Virus record (IMG/VR): IMGVR_UViG_3300017917_003565
Location: 48,192-112,191 of that record
Length of the DNA stretch: 64,000 nt
Reading direction: 5' to 3' (one strand)
Source of the DNA: a virus
This document shows, piece by piece, positions 19,333 to 28,600 of this stretch (the first letter of the stretch is position 1; every line of letters begins with the position of its first letter). The notes beneath the pieces are model-generated. The model saw only the letters and a program-made list of their open reading frames with translations, was not told the origin of the DNA and ran no database searches. The translations under genes were made by a program, and so were the position numbers.

Positions 19333-19679
19333 CTTTTCTGTGGGGGTTTAGGCAGTTGTGGGAGATTTTTCCAGTGTTCGATCCACCGTTGCTGATCCTC
19401 TAACTGGCGTTGTTGTGCTTCGTTCATCCGGCGTAATTCGTTGACATGATCTCGCTGTTCGTGTTGTGCCTGTGCCACGCGATCGATCTTTTGGTCCATG
19501 TAGTTTACACGCTGTTCCATAAGACCCAGGCGCTCTTTGAAATAATCTACATCGTGACCGCGGCTGGCTGCTATAGCGTACAGTATCACCACCATTGCCA
19601 ACAACATGGTACACAACATCCAGGCCACTTGAGCTCGCTCATCCGCAGTCATGTCAGACCATACACGAAAAGGGTTCAT
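19329..19679 (-). CDS. single-pass membrane coiled-coil protein
   Basis: N-terminal TM, heptad-rich C-terminus. Confidence 0.6.
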   Translation of the reverse strand: MNPFRVWSDMTADERAQVAWMLCTMLLAMVVILYAIAASRGHDVDYFKERLGLMEQRVNYMDQKIDRVAQAQHEQRDHVNELRRMNEAQQRQLEDQQRWIEHWKNLPQLPKPPQKR

Positions 19680-19836
19680 GCTCTGGGCCTCGCTTCACAC
19701 CATACCAGGTATCGGCTACCACTCTGCCGGGCCGCGGCATTGTAGATACGCACCTTATCTTCACACTGCGCTTGGGTGACAAAAGTATCAACATCTATGG
19801 CCCAGCCGTTCATGAACAAGACGAATATCCAGGCCA

Positions 19837-20673
19837 CTACATCCTCCAATCCAGATCCAGGTCGGCGATCTGGCCATCGGGTATGTGGTTTATCATCAGG
19901 CTCCGTGCTTCTTCTATCCTGGCCTGCTTGGTGCGAGATCCCAGGACCACTATGACGAATATCTGGCGATCGCGTTCCACTACCATGGCCACGCACCAGC
20001 CCGCGGGAGTAGTGTATCCGGTCTTGGATACCACGATGCTATCAAACTCTAGCAATAGGTTTCGATTGGTGTTGGGCAGTTCTATGGTACGGATCTTCTG
20101 CCCGTGATGTGTTTCGAATGTGGCCTGGCGTGCTGTGCTTGCTTCACGGATCAAGGGATAAGTGGCCGCGGCCAAGATCATTTCCGTGACTTCGCCGGCC
20201 GTGCTGACATTACCCGAACTCAAGCCCGAGGGATCCACGAACTTGGTGGTCGATAATTTTAGTGCTCGTGCCCGGCTATTCATGGCCTTAATAAATGCCT
20301 CTCTGCCTCCGGGGTAATCTGCGGCCAGTGTCTCTGCGGCCGCATTGTCCGAGCGTACCAGCATGGCTGCCAGTAAATCTCTGCGGCTGTATTCTTGCCG
20401 AGGAAGGTTACTTTTCACAGGAGTTATCAACCGTACCTTGGTATTCAAATATCGATGGTAGTCCAAGTACACCATAGCCGTCATGATCTTGGTTATCGAT
20501 GCTATGGACCGCTGTTGCGTGATATTGTTGCCCATGACTATATCGTCACTGCTCTTATTATACACTATCACGGCGCCCGCAGGTGTTTTTTGCCCCACAG
20601 TCAAAGCGGCCATAGTTCCAGGGTTGGCCCAGGCCGCGGTCGTGAACAAAAAGAAAGCGATAAAAATACGCAT
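19837..20673 (-). CDS. D-Ala-D-Ala carboxy/endopeptidase (peptidase S11, PbpG-like)
   Basis: signal peptide; SITK, SDN, KTG motifs; FVDPSGL. Confidence 0.88.
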   Translation of the reverse strand: MRIFIAFFLFTTAAWANPGTMAALTVGQKTPAGAVIVYNKSSDDIVMGNNITQQRSIASITKIMTAMVYLDYHRYLNTKVRLITPVKSNLPRQEYSRRDLLAAMLVRSDNAAAETLAADYPGGREAFIKAMNSRARALKLSTTKFVDPSGLSSGNVSTAGEVTEMILAAATYPLIREASTARQATFETHHGQKIRTIELPNTNRNLLLEFDSIVVSKTGYTTPAGWCVAMVVERDRQIFVIVVLGSRTKQARIEEARSLMINHIPDGQIADLDLDWRM

Positions 20674-20771
20674 CTGTTACTTATTCAAAAGTTAAGCCTC
20701 ACCTTTCCTACAAATCATTATTTCACTCCTAGTTTATTCTTAGCCATCCATTCAACATAAATCCGTCCCGT

Positions 20772-21116
20772 TCATGCTGCCGTCCTTTCACGCACATCGG
20801 TGTTCAAGTTAGGCCGCAGTTCGCGGATCAGAGCACGCTCGACCTGATGTGCCGCACTCTTGCCACGCACCACTGACACGATGCTGTAAGCGAAAGCACC
20901 AGGGCCACGATCACGCAGGGCTTCGTACAGGGCCCAACTCTTGTCTTCGGTGCGTGAGCGATACAGATGTTTATTCATACGCACACGGACTGACTTCAGC
21001 ACCGTGGATTCGGTCTTGGCAGTGACGCCGATGTAGAAATCTGTGCCCGACACGATCTTGTAAACGATGTGGGTACGATCTACTCGTTTTTTGCGGGATG
21101 TTTTTTTACTATGCAT
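20772..21116 (-). CDS. GIY-YIG nuclease-domain protein
   Basis: IVYKIV...FYIGVT, Arg, E...LN. Confidence 0.65.
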   Translation of the reverse strand: MHSKKTSRKKRVDRTHIVYKIVSGTDFYIGVTAKTESTVLKSVRVRMNKHLYRSRTEDKSWALYEALRDRGPGAFAYSIVSVVRGKSAAHQVERALIRELRPNLNTDVRERTAA

Positions 21117-21122
21117 ACCCAT

Positions 21123-21151
21123 ATTATAGCAAAATGGGTTTTTTTGGTCAA
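21123..21151 (-). promoter_or_regulatory. sigma70-type early promoter with extended -10
   Basis: TTGACC-N17-TATAAT. Confidence 0.8.
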
Positions 21152-21158
21152 TCTGGAC

Positions 21159-21210
21159 AGGTAAATGCTCACTAACCTATTGTTTTTGCTAAGTTAGTGC
21201 TTGCTTACCT
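21159..21210. promoter_or_regulatory. two copies of a 20-bp palindromic operator-like motif
   Basis: AGGTAAATGCTCACTAACCT and AAGTTAGTGCTTGCTTACCT; third copy at 59130-59149. Confidence 0.5.
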
Positions 21211-21673
21211 AACTGTAAATCCAGCCCAGATTTTGTATTTTGTGTATCCACGTAAACACCGGAACATCAAATGTCAAGGTCCACTTACCGTTCCACCCCA
21301 GGTAACTTTGATTGGTCAACTGTTGCTGAAGTGCGACTCCACGTGATCGTTGCTCTTGGATCCAGAGTTTAGGATATCGAGGTTCATATACTCCGGCCCA
21401 CACAAACTTGGGATCACTGATGCCAAAGAAACTCACGTTGTTGATAATCACAGCCTTGTCAAGATTGTGTTCTGGCACGGTGTCGTGATCGCGTTTGTTC
21501 AAAAACTCCACTGTGAGATCACAGGGTTTATCGGATTCGAATTCAAACTCCAATGTGGCAGGTCTTGTGAGATCTCTTTCGCGCCGATCATCATTTACTG
21601 CCACACATATACGAGGTGGTTCGGAATGCCAAACCGGCACAAGAGTGATTGCAAGTTTAACTGGATGTTTCAT
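21209..21673 (-). CDS. hypothetical protein
   Basis: LGWNGKWTLTFDVPVFTWIH C-terminal motif; coupled to the radical SAM gene. Confidence 0.6.
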   Translation of the reverse strand: MKHPVKLAITLVPVWHSEPPRICVAVNDDRRERDLTRPATLEFEFESDKPCDLTVEFLNKRDHDTVPEHNLDKAVIINNVSFFGISDPKFVWAGVYEPRYPKLWIQEQRSRGVALQQQLTNQSYLGWNGKWTLTFDVPVFTWIHKIQNLGWIYS

Positions 21674-22982
21674 AGTTGTATTTTTGCAACAACTCATGGA
21701 ATTCTGGATACAGCGTCCTGGCATTATAGCCATACACGCGATCCCAACGTTCACAATGACGTACCATGGTTTCGAGTTGTGTTTCACTGTCTGGGGGTGT
21801 TGGAGTGGTCAAAACATTCACGCACATCTCGATCTGTTGTTTGATTACCTGTTGATAGTTATTAGGATCGCTGGCATTGTAATCGCCCACAGAAGTCACA
21901 GCAGACAGTCTGTGTTGCAACTTCGAATATTTCTGTAGGTATTGTTTCTTTATGGACTCGGGCAAGATTTCTGCAGACAAAAATCTCGGGTTATAACAGA
22001 GATTGCTCTTCACTATCAACTGTTGGGTGAGAGCAAAATCCAACAGACCCGGATAATATCCAATGGTCAGTAGACTGGGCGCCGGACGCAGAGTCACTGT
22101 AATATTGGAACCATTGCAATGGGCTTGATATTGTTGTATATTAGACAGTACCAAAGCAGTATCAGTGCCTTGACGTTGGTAGGCATTGTGCTCATCCACG
22201 GTCTCTATACTGATCTCCATGCCCACTCTGCGAAATCGTTTGAGTTTTTCAATCAACTGAGGACGAAACACTGTACCATTGGTCACAAAACTAAAACAAA
22301 GGTCGAATCTTTCATGCTGAATCATGAAATCTATCAAATCTTCAAGTCTAGGAGTCAACAAGGTTTCACCGCCCATGAAATGAATGTTGTTGAGGCCAGG
22401 TAGATCTAATAACTGTTGTTTGAAACTGTTCCACACTTCGAGATTCTGTGTCCAGTCAGTGCCTAGATATTCGCGACTGGCATCAATGCCCCAACGTACC
22501 TCTTGACTGGCTATCACGCTGCTGGCTTGGGCATTACACATCTTACAGGCTAGATTACAGTAGTTGCCAAGATCGATGTGCAGGTCAATAGGTGTAGTAG
22601 TGGTGTATCCGTGATTGTTGGCGCTGTAAACAAACTTGGCGTGCCCGGGACTCTGTTGGAAACTGTCATTGAATGCAGACCTAGTGAAGATCACACTTTT
22701 CTGATTACTTTTGTGTCGACGACTGTTGCCATCGTGCGATTCTTCAATGTAACACCGTTGACACAACGACAATGGTGTGGTCGCCAGTATATTGGTTCTG
22801 AAATCACGCACAGGTTCACTGTTAAACCAATCCTGTATGCTCATACGAGCAATATTGTACTGAGTGTGGCCAGGCTGATACAACTTATGTGCTTCTTGGC
22901 AACAAATCCCTAGGTCACCGTTCCAATAAATGTGTAACTCGTACCAGGGTGTGTTGCAAAATATGTGTTGATTAGGCGTCAC
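21657..22982 (-). CDS. radical SAM protein with N-terminal SPASM/twitch-like domain
   Basis: CNLACKMC; FCNTPW...ICC...CQRC; GGET; TNGT. Confidence 0.85.
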   Translation of the reverse strand: MTPNQHIFCNTPWYELHIYWNGDLGICCQEAHKLYQPGHTQYNIARMSIQDWFNSEPVRDFRTNILATTPLSLCQRCYIEESHDGNSRRHKSNQKSVIFTRSAFNDSFQQSPGHAKFVYSANNHGYTTTTPIDLHIDLGNYCNLACKMCNAQASSVIASQEVRWGIDASREYLGTDWTQNLEVWNSFKQQLLDLPGLNNIHFMGGETLLTPRLEDLIDFMIQHERFDLCFSFVTNGTVFRPQLIEKLKRFRRVGMEISIETVDEHNAYQRQGTDTALVLSNIQQYQAHCNGSNITVTLRPAPSLLTIGYYPGLLDFALTQQLIVKSNLCYNPRFLSAEILPESIKKQYLQKYSKLQHRLSAVTSVGDYNASDPNNYQQVIKQQIEMCVNVLTTPTPPDSETQLETMVRHCERWDRVYGYNARTLYPEFHELLQKYNYETSS

Positions 22983-23568
22983 GCTTGGATATCACTCGGT
23001 CCGCCAGGCCATAGGTCACAGCTTCCTCTGCGCTCATGAAAAAATCACGTTCCATGTCACGAGCAAAATCATCATAGGTTTTGCCTGCGGTGTTATGTGT
23101 GACATAGATTTCTGTGAGATAACGTTTCATTTTCAAGATTTCTCGGGCTTGGATTTCAATATCAGTGGCCTGTCCTTCGGCACCACCACTGGGTTGATGG
23201 ATCATATTGCGTGAGTGCGGCAACATAAATCTCTTGCCTGCGGCACCGGCTGTGGCCAGCAATGACCCCATGCTACAGGCCTGCCCCATAACGATAGTTG
23301 ACACATCGCAACGAACATATTGCATGGTATCATAGATGCTCATACCTGCGGTGACTGATCCTCCAGGACTATTGATGTAAAACAAGATATCGCGATCAGG
23401 ATCTTCGGCCTCCAAAAACAGCATCTGTGCCACTATCAAACTGGCGCTGTGATTGTTGACATCCGAATCTAGCATAACGATACGGTCACGCAAAAGTCTG
23501 CTGTAGATATCATAACTGCGTTCACCTTTTGAGGTCTGTTCTACGACCATGGGGATTAGACTGGGCAC
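22972..23568 (-). CDS. clpP: ATP-dependent Clp protease proteolytic subunit
   Basis: [18 protein letters not shown] (catalytic Ser), IHQP (His), ERDFFMSA. Confidence 0.95.
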   Translation of the reverse strand: MPSLIPMVVEQTSKGERSYDIYSRLLRDRIVMLDSDVNNHSASLIVAQMLFLEAEDPDRDILFYINSPGGSVTAGMSIYDTMQYVRCDVSTIVMGQACSMGSLLATAGAAGKRFMLPHSRNMIHQPSGGAEGQATDIEIQAREILKMKRYLTEIYVTHNTAGKTYDDFARDMERDFFMSAEEAVTYGLADRVISKRDA

Positions 23569-23576
23569 AGGGTTCC

Positions 23577-23774
23577 TTATTTTGTAGGGTTAAAACTGCG
23601 CACCACTGATTCAGTGATGCTAAGACATACATTTGCTGCAGAATGATAGAACTGGGTCTGAGCATCAATGAGCTTGAGCACTTCTTGTTGCACAGTTTCA
23701 TCTTTGATCATGGATACGACAGCATTGTGTTTGAGTTTTTGCCAGCTGTCAATGTAATAGTGTGGGCCAAACAT
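23577..23774 (-). CDS. small helical phasin-like protein
   Basis: IDAQTQF motif resembling the ORF at 26214; SD AAGGAG. Confidence 0.45.
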   Translation of the reverse strand: MFGPHYYIDSWQKLKHNAVVSMIKDETVQQEVLKLIDAQTQFYHSAANVCLSITESVVRSFNPTK

Positions 23775-23828
23775 AACTTCTCCTTTGTGGGTTAATGATA
23801 AGTATACTATATATTCAAAGCAGATACA

Positions 23829-25400
23829 ATGAGAAACTTAATCAATCTAATCACAAAATCCACCCTGACTGAAACATCTCGGGGACTATTGTATCGCTCA
23901 AAAGGCGATGGATTTTTCCAAGGTTCCAAAGACAATCCCACAGCCGAAATCGTGTTTGACCGAGTGGATTATTTTCCTGGGCAACCCGGAGCCTATGCCA
24001 ACTATGAAGAAATGTCTCGGGTTGGACAAGAACTGTTCCGCCAATATCCCAATGTGATCTGGAGCAACAAGCCCACCAATGCCAGCAAGGCCTTTGCTAT
24101 ATTGACGTTTGATGGTCCTGGCCCAGGACAAAAAACCTATTTTGGTAGATTTTTTTCAGAAATCAAACAGAACATGGCTGGTCTGTGGAAAAACAATGAG
24201 TTGCCGGGTGGGTGGCAACTCAACAAGCAGGTCAGCCTCAAAGGTTCATACTACAAACTCAAGCCCGTGGATCTGTTTCCACAAAACTCAACCTTTGCTA
24301 CACCAGCTGATGCAGTAGCGGCCATGGGCACCAGACCCGGAACCACACCAGACGAGTTGTCCAACATCAACAAGATACGTCCCGGCATGGACCAGTTACT
24401 GGGCGGCAAGTTGCCTACATTTGACAACGTAGGCGAAATGGCCACAGCAGTACGTGATGATCTAGGCGAAACCATTGGACCTATTGCACTGATTCAAGGC
24501 ATGATCAACTCCGGTGGTGCTGAAGCTGCCAGAAAAGATATACTAGGCGACCGTGGAAGTTTTTCAGGTAGCGCCATAAACTTTCCAGCGGCCAAAAACA
24601 ACGGCCTAGTAGACAGTTATCTGTTGCATCCGTCGGGCATAGAAATTGGTATTTCTAGCAAAGGCGAAAAAGGTGCATCTGCATCAGTCAAAAACATTGC
24701 CGATGGTATCGCGACCGCAAGAGAAAAGGGCATGAACAAACTGTTAAAACAGTATGCTCCACAGGTGGATGTGATTGAGAAAGTAGGAACCTTGGGGTCC
24801 GTGGACTTTCCTCTGGAGTTTGGTATTGAACAAGGACTGATTGATCCAGCCACAGCCAATACCATCAAACAGTTAATCAAATCAGGTGCCACCACCACAG
24901 ACAATCCGGCGGTGTTGGATCTAATGAAAGATATCAAGGCCAAGACTGACAATCCCCGATACAATGCTGGATATCACGCCCTGGCAAGTCTGGCACGCAA
25001 AGTAGCGGTCAACATCAACTCAGATCCCAAGTTTGGCGAAGCTGCGTTGAAGTTCTTGAATACCAGTCCGATTATACAACTTCACCTCAATGGCACCGAC
25101 AAAGGCGGCAACTACACTGTAACTGGGTTCACTTCAAAGTATCCTCCAGATTTTAAAGGTACTGTGGGCCTAGATGCTTCAAAAGTCTACGCTGCTACAG
25201 GAACCATTGGACGGGTGAGTTTCAGCTACAACGGTGGCGGTGACAAAGACACAGATGTCGATATTGATATCTCTCCAGCTCGAACTAAAACTCAAGACCT
25301 AGATGTAGTGAGCCAACAAAGAAGCAAGATCAAAGCGGCTCCTGCAGAACCAGAAAAACTAGGAACAGAAAAAACACTAGGACGCAAGCGCCAGCGTTAG
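23829..25400 (+). CDS. probable internal virion protein with PD-(D/E)xK-like motif
   Basis: N-terminal MRNLINLI...LTE; GLVDS...ISSKG. Confidence 0.5.
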   Translation: MRNLINLITKSTLTETSRGLLYRSKGDGFFQGSKDNPTAEIVFDRVDYFPGQPGAYANYEEMSRVGQELFRQYPNVIWSNKPTNASKAFAILTFDGPGPGQKTYFGRFFSEIKQNMAGLWKNNELPGGWQLNKQVSLKGSYYKLKPVDLFPQNSTFATPADAVAAMGTRPGTTPDELSNINKIRPGMDQLLGGKLPTFDNVGEMATAVRDDLGETIGPIALIQGMINSGGAEAARKDILGDRGSFSGSAINFPAAKNNGLVDSYLLHPSGIEIGISSKGEKGASASVKNIADGIATAREKGMNKLLKQYAPQVDVIEKVGTLGSVDFPLEFGIEQGLIDPATANTIKQLIKSGATTTDNPAVLDLMKDIKAKTDNPRYNAGYHALASLARKVAVNINSDPKFGEAALKFLNTSPIIQLHLNGTDKGGNYTVTGFTSKYPPDFKGTVGLDASKVYAATGTIGRVSFSYNGGGDKDTDVDIDISPARTKTQDLDVVSQQRSKIKAAPAEPEKLGTEKTLGRKRQR

Positions 25401-26125
25401 TAGGTCAGGTGTGTGGTGGTCTTGAATGGCCGGCCAATGGCAGCATATTCCAGTTGCTTGATTATTTTCTTCTTCATCTTCTTGACTCGAGCATGGTCAT
25501 GATCCCAGTCAAAGGCTTTCAGAAACTTGTGATAACTGGTTTTTTTATGGCGCTTGGATTGCATGCTGTCCATGTAGCGTTTTATGCTTTGTGGTTCATG
25601 TCCAAATCTGTCCACTAGCTCGCAGGCGATGTTGAAACTGAATGCTCCCATTTCATCCCTGTGACCATAGTATTCTTGATCCATGCGTTGTTTGCGATAG
25701 TGAGCGGTGCTTTCATAGCCCGGAATGCATTTGAAGTTACGGCTGCGATACTGGCGCATGTGTATGATCTCGTGCAAGATGGTGTCCGAGAACAACTGGC
25801 ACAATCGAGTCCAACGATATTCGGTTAGACGTATTTTTTCATCCAAAGGATGATAGCACAGCAGTATTTCAATGAATCGTGATGTCTGATTGGAATCATA
25901 GTCGGCATAGTAGGTGCCGCCTAGATATATGCACCCTCTTTGTTGCGTGTAGTCGTTTTGTCTACGAACCACTCGCACCGGTAGATGAGATTTTATGTGA
26001 CGGCTGAGGATCTTTTGCAGATCTTTGACAGCCATACGCTTGCCAACCACATCACGCCCTGCTGAATAGAGCATGCTGTAGAGGTTTTCGCGATCTAGTA
26101 GACTCCAGTTAAAGTCCGGGCGCAT
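25397..26125 (-). CDS. putative zinc metallopeptidase
   Basis: HEIIH plus downstream DEMGA; TAAATA upstream. Confidence 0.6.
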   Translation of the reverse strand: MRPDFNWSLLDRENLYSMLYSAGRDVVGKRMAVKDLQKILSRHIKSHLPVRVVRRQNDYTQQRGCIYLGGTYYADYDSNQTSRFIEILLCYHPLDEKIRLTEYRWTRLCQLFSDTILHEIIHMRQYRSRNFKCIPGYESTAHYRKQRMDQEYYGHRDEMGAFSFNIACELVDRFGHEPQSIKRYMDSMQSKRHKKTSYHKFLKAFDWDHDHARVKKMKKKIIKQLEYAAIGRPFKTTTHLTY

Positions 26126-26213
26126 TTCGGGTCTCCGATTGTACCCAGTATTTAGCGCAAAAAGTCGTAAAAAAGCCCGGAAAACTCCGGGCTGGGTGCT
26201 GACGCGGTGTAGA

Positions 26214-26480
26214 TTACACAGCCGCTTTGGCAGCTTTTTGTACAGACTTGACAAATGCTTCTGTGGAGTCTTTGGTTACTTTTTCCACGGTCTGGGCATA
26301 TTCAGTCACGCTGGCAGCAGTAGCACGTACAAAGCCAAACTGTGCCTTGCTGATGGTCTGAGCGGAATCACGCACTTGCTCGGGCAAATAAGTGATCAAG
26401 CTGGTAGCACCTTTTTCCATGTTGTCGATAGCCACGGTAAGGTCAAATAGTTTTGTGAAGTCGATTTTGTTGAAATCCAT
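26214..26480 (-). CDS. phasin-like (PHA granule-associated) protein
   Basis: Ala/Thr/Lys-rich amphipathic helices; SD AAGGA; PhaR-like box upstream. Confidence 0.55.
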   Translation of the reverse strand: MDFNKIDFTKLFDLTVAIDNMEKGATSLITYLPEQVRDSAQTISKAQFGFVRATAASVTEYAQTVEKVTKDSTEAFVKSVQKAAKAAV

Positions 26481-26545
26481 TTTAGTTTCCTTTTCAAATA
26501 AGCGAAATTTAAAGTTTCTACTGCCCGGCCTATCCAGCACAGTAT
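26478..26545 (-). promoter_or_regulatory. ROSE-like RNA thermometer leader of the phasin-like gene
   Basis: UUUCGCUU pairs with AAGGAAA with a bulged G; upstream hairpin. Confidence 0.5.
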
Positions 26546-26584
26546 TTCTTTAACAACTTTATTTATCAAGTTTAACAGATTTTA

Positions 26585-26599
26585 TATTGCAACGCAACA
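26585..26599. promoter_or_regulatory. PhaR-like operator
   Basis: TTGC-AAC-GCAA palindrome over a possible -35; related TGTTGCACCCGCACA at 28074-28088. Confidence 0.45.
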
Positions 26600-26619
26600 T
26601 TTTTTAGTACCTTTTTAGG

Positions 26620-27336
26620 CTATTTTGGAGAAATTGACCTTGGTCGAGCCAGCCCAAAAAACTCTAGTATGCGTATGTACATCCATCCTATATCAAATTC
26701 TCCTGGGCGTTTGCTGAACTTGGCGCTGGCGCCATCGCCGTGATGATTGTTATGCAGTTCTTCTCCACCAATCCATACAGCCCAAGGCCATAGATTGCGA
26801 CTAGTATCTTTAACATCATAGTTGCGATAACCCCACCAATGTGCAGCACCATTGATAACTCCTGCTGCCCAGAACGGAATCCAGATCATCTGCACCAACC
26901 AGATCCAAAATCCCCAACCACCAAAAACGGCTAAGTTTATGGCCAACATCAAAAATATACCCATGCGGCTGTGAGGTGTATAAAGTTTTTCTTCGATCCA
27001 GTCTGTGGGTGTGCCGTGCCCTAGTTCCTGTATCATGATCCTGTTGCGTGATGCTTTGATATACAAAAACGTTCCACCAAACAGCACACGCCATATTCCG
27101 TGCTGTTTGGGACTGTGCGGATCTGCTTCTGTGTCAGCAGCCTGATGATGTTTGCGATGTATGGCCACCCACTCACGGGTGATCATGCCAGTGGTCAGCC
27201 ATAGCCAAAAACGCATGAAATGTGTTACCGCAGGATGGAAGCTCACTGCACGATGCGCCTGGCTACGGTGTAGATACAGTGTAACACAAGCTATGGTGAT
27301 TTGAACCATCACCAGGGTATAGATTAATTCAGTCAT
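26620..27336 (-). CDS. membrane fatty acid (delta-9-type) desaturase
   Basis: His boxes HRSQAH, HRKHH, HNNHH; DPHSP. Confidence 0.92.
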   Translation of the reverse strand: MTELIYTLVMVQITIACVTLYLHRSQAHRAVSFHPAVTHFMRFWLWLTTGMITREWVAIHRKHHQAADTEADPHSPKQHGIWRVLFGGTFLYIKASRNRIMIQELGHGTPTDWIEEKLYTPHSRMGIFLMLAINLAVFGGWGFWIWLVQMIWIPFWAAGVINGAAHWWGYRNYDVKDTSRNLWPWAVWIGGEELHNNHHGDGASAKFSKRPGEFDIGWMYIRILEFFGLARPRSISPK

Positions 27337-27339
27337 ATA

Positions 27340-27891
27340 TTACTTAGCTGGGATCCAGTTGGCGGACAACAGCCGTGTCCAAATATTGCGATTGACTGTC
27401 ACAAACTCTTTGCCCACAGAAATCACCGATGGTGGCGGCAACGGTACGTCTACCTCGCCAGATCCTTGATAATGTTGCACTTCTAGTCCGTATTTTTGGC
27501 ATAGATGTTTCACTGGTTGATTCCAGCTCAAACAATGCAGATACAGCCTACGATAACCACGATTTTGTACCCAGGTCACAGATTCGTCCATGAGACGGTC
27601 TGCGATGCCTTGCCCTCGATATGCTGGATCTACTATGATGCCAAACTCCACATCAGACTCTCCATGGGTGGCCATGTGCAACACCCCTACCCAACGATCA
27701 TTGTGATCGCTAGCCACCAAAAAATAGTGTCGATCTGGCGTCTGGAGTATGCGTGACACTAGATTCTTGATAAATCCTTGAGATGCCAGCACTCCAAAAT
27801 AGTTTTTCAGCGTGTCCGCGCTCTGCCGAGACAACCAGGTCTCATACTCCTGGTAACGGTCCTGAGGCAACAACATCGTAGTGACTACCAT
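27340..27891 (-). CDS. GNAT acetyltransferase
   Basis: EFGIIVDPAYRGQGIA; N..V..L..KYG. Confidence 0.85.
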   Translation of the reverse strand: MVVTTMLLPQDRYQEYETWLSRQSADTLKNYFGVLASQGFIKNLVSRILQTPDRHYFLVASDHNDRWVGVLHMATHGESDVEFGIIVDPAYRGQGIADRLMDESVTWVQNRGYRRLYLHCLSWNQPVKHLCQKYGLEVQHYQGSGEVDVPLPPPSVISVGKEFVTVNRNIWTRLLSANWIPAK

Positions 27892-28019
27892 TATTTTTTA
27901 TAATGATCCTGGGCTCGTTTCCATTGCTGGTTGCGTGCCAGGTGTGCTGCATAGCTGGCATGGGTCAACATCTCCATGAAATCCAAAATACCCTTGATTG
28001 TTTTCTTTAAAACTGTCAT
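27891..28019 (-). CDS. 42-aa hypothetical protein (not in ORF track)
   Basis: MTVLKKT...AAHLARNQQWKRAQDHYKK; SD AAGGA; stop overlaps the GNAT start. Confidence 0.5.
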   Translation of the reverse strand: MTVLKKTIKGILDFMEMLTHASYAAHLARNQQWKRAQDHYKK

Positions 28020-28137
28020 GTTTGTTCCTTGTTGTTCGGTAGAAACCTCTCATGGTTTCTACTGATATTTATATGTTGCACCCGCACATAATAACGAAAC
28101 ATAACGATGGCCGCGATAAATACCACACAAGGAGATC

Positions 28138-28311
28138 ATGATGTTATCATTTCTTAAAAAGTTTTTTGGTACTAAACCTTCGGTAAATCCCTGCGGTGAT
28201 GCACCTTACAAGGTAGAAACTGTGGAAGCTAAACCTGTTGCGCCCAAAAAGTCCCCAGCCAAACCCCGCTCAACCCAGAAACCTCGTAGTTCAAAAACTA
28301 AGAAACAATAA
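28138..28311 (+). CDS. small Lys/Pro-rich basic protein (not in ORF track)
   Basis: TAAATA and AAGGAG upstream; MMLSFLKKFFG...KTKKQ. Confidence 0.6.
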   Translation: MMLSFLKKFFGTKPSVNPCGDAPYKVETVEAKPVAPKKSPAKPRSTQKPRSSKTKKQ

Positions 28312-28600
28312 AATATCGTATCAGGCCAATACTGTCGATAATGACCAAGAACACAGCATTGGCCAGCAATCCAAAACTCCTGCGAGTCCAACAGGCATAG
28401 GCGCTGCATACACACCCAGTGATAAAAATACTGTAGAGTGGTACCACAGGAATGTGTGGCACAGTGATAGCAAATATGATGGCGGATATCACGCTACAGG
28501 CCCAGGCTGTGACTTCCAAACAAAATCTCAAGCGGTTGGATGCCCAGTCGTGACGTACATAAGTGCAGATGTTTTGCACTACTGTTCCAACAAAATCCAT
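28298..28600 (-). CDS. small membrane protein
   Basis: three TM helices. Confidence 0.6.
   Translation of the reverse strand: MDFVGTVVQNICTYVRHDWASNRLRFCLEVTAWACSVISAIIFAITVPHIPVVPLYSIFITGCVCSAYACWTRRSFGLLANAVFLVIIDSIGLIRYFIVS

Noticed and set aside
20772-21116. Intron-borne homing endonuclease
   Set aside because: Free-standing with its own promoter, no interrupted gene, no C-terminal DNA-binding domain
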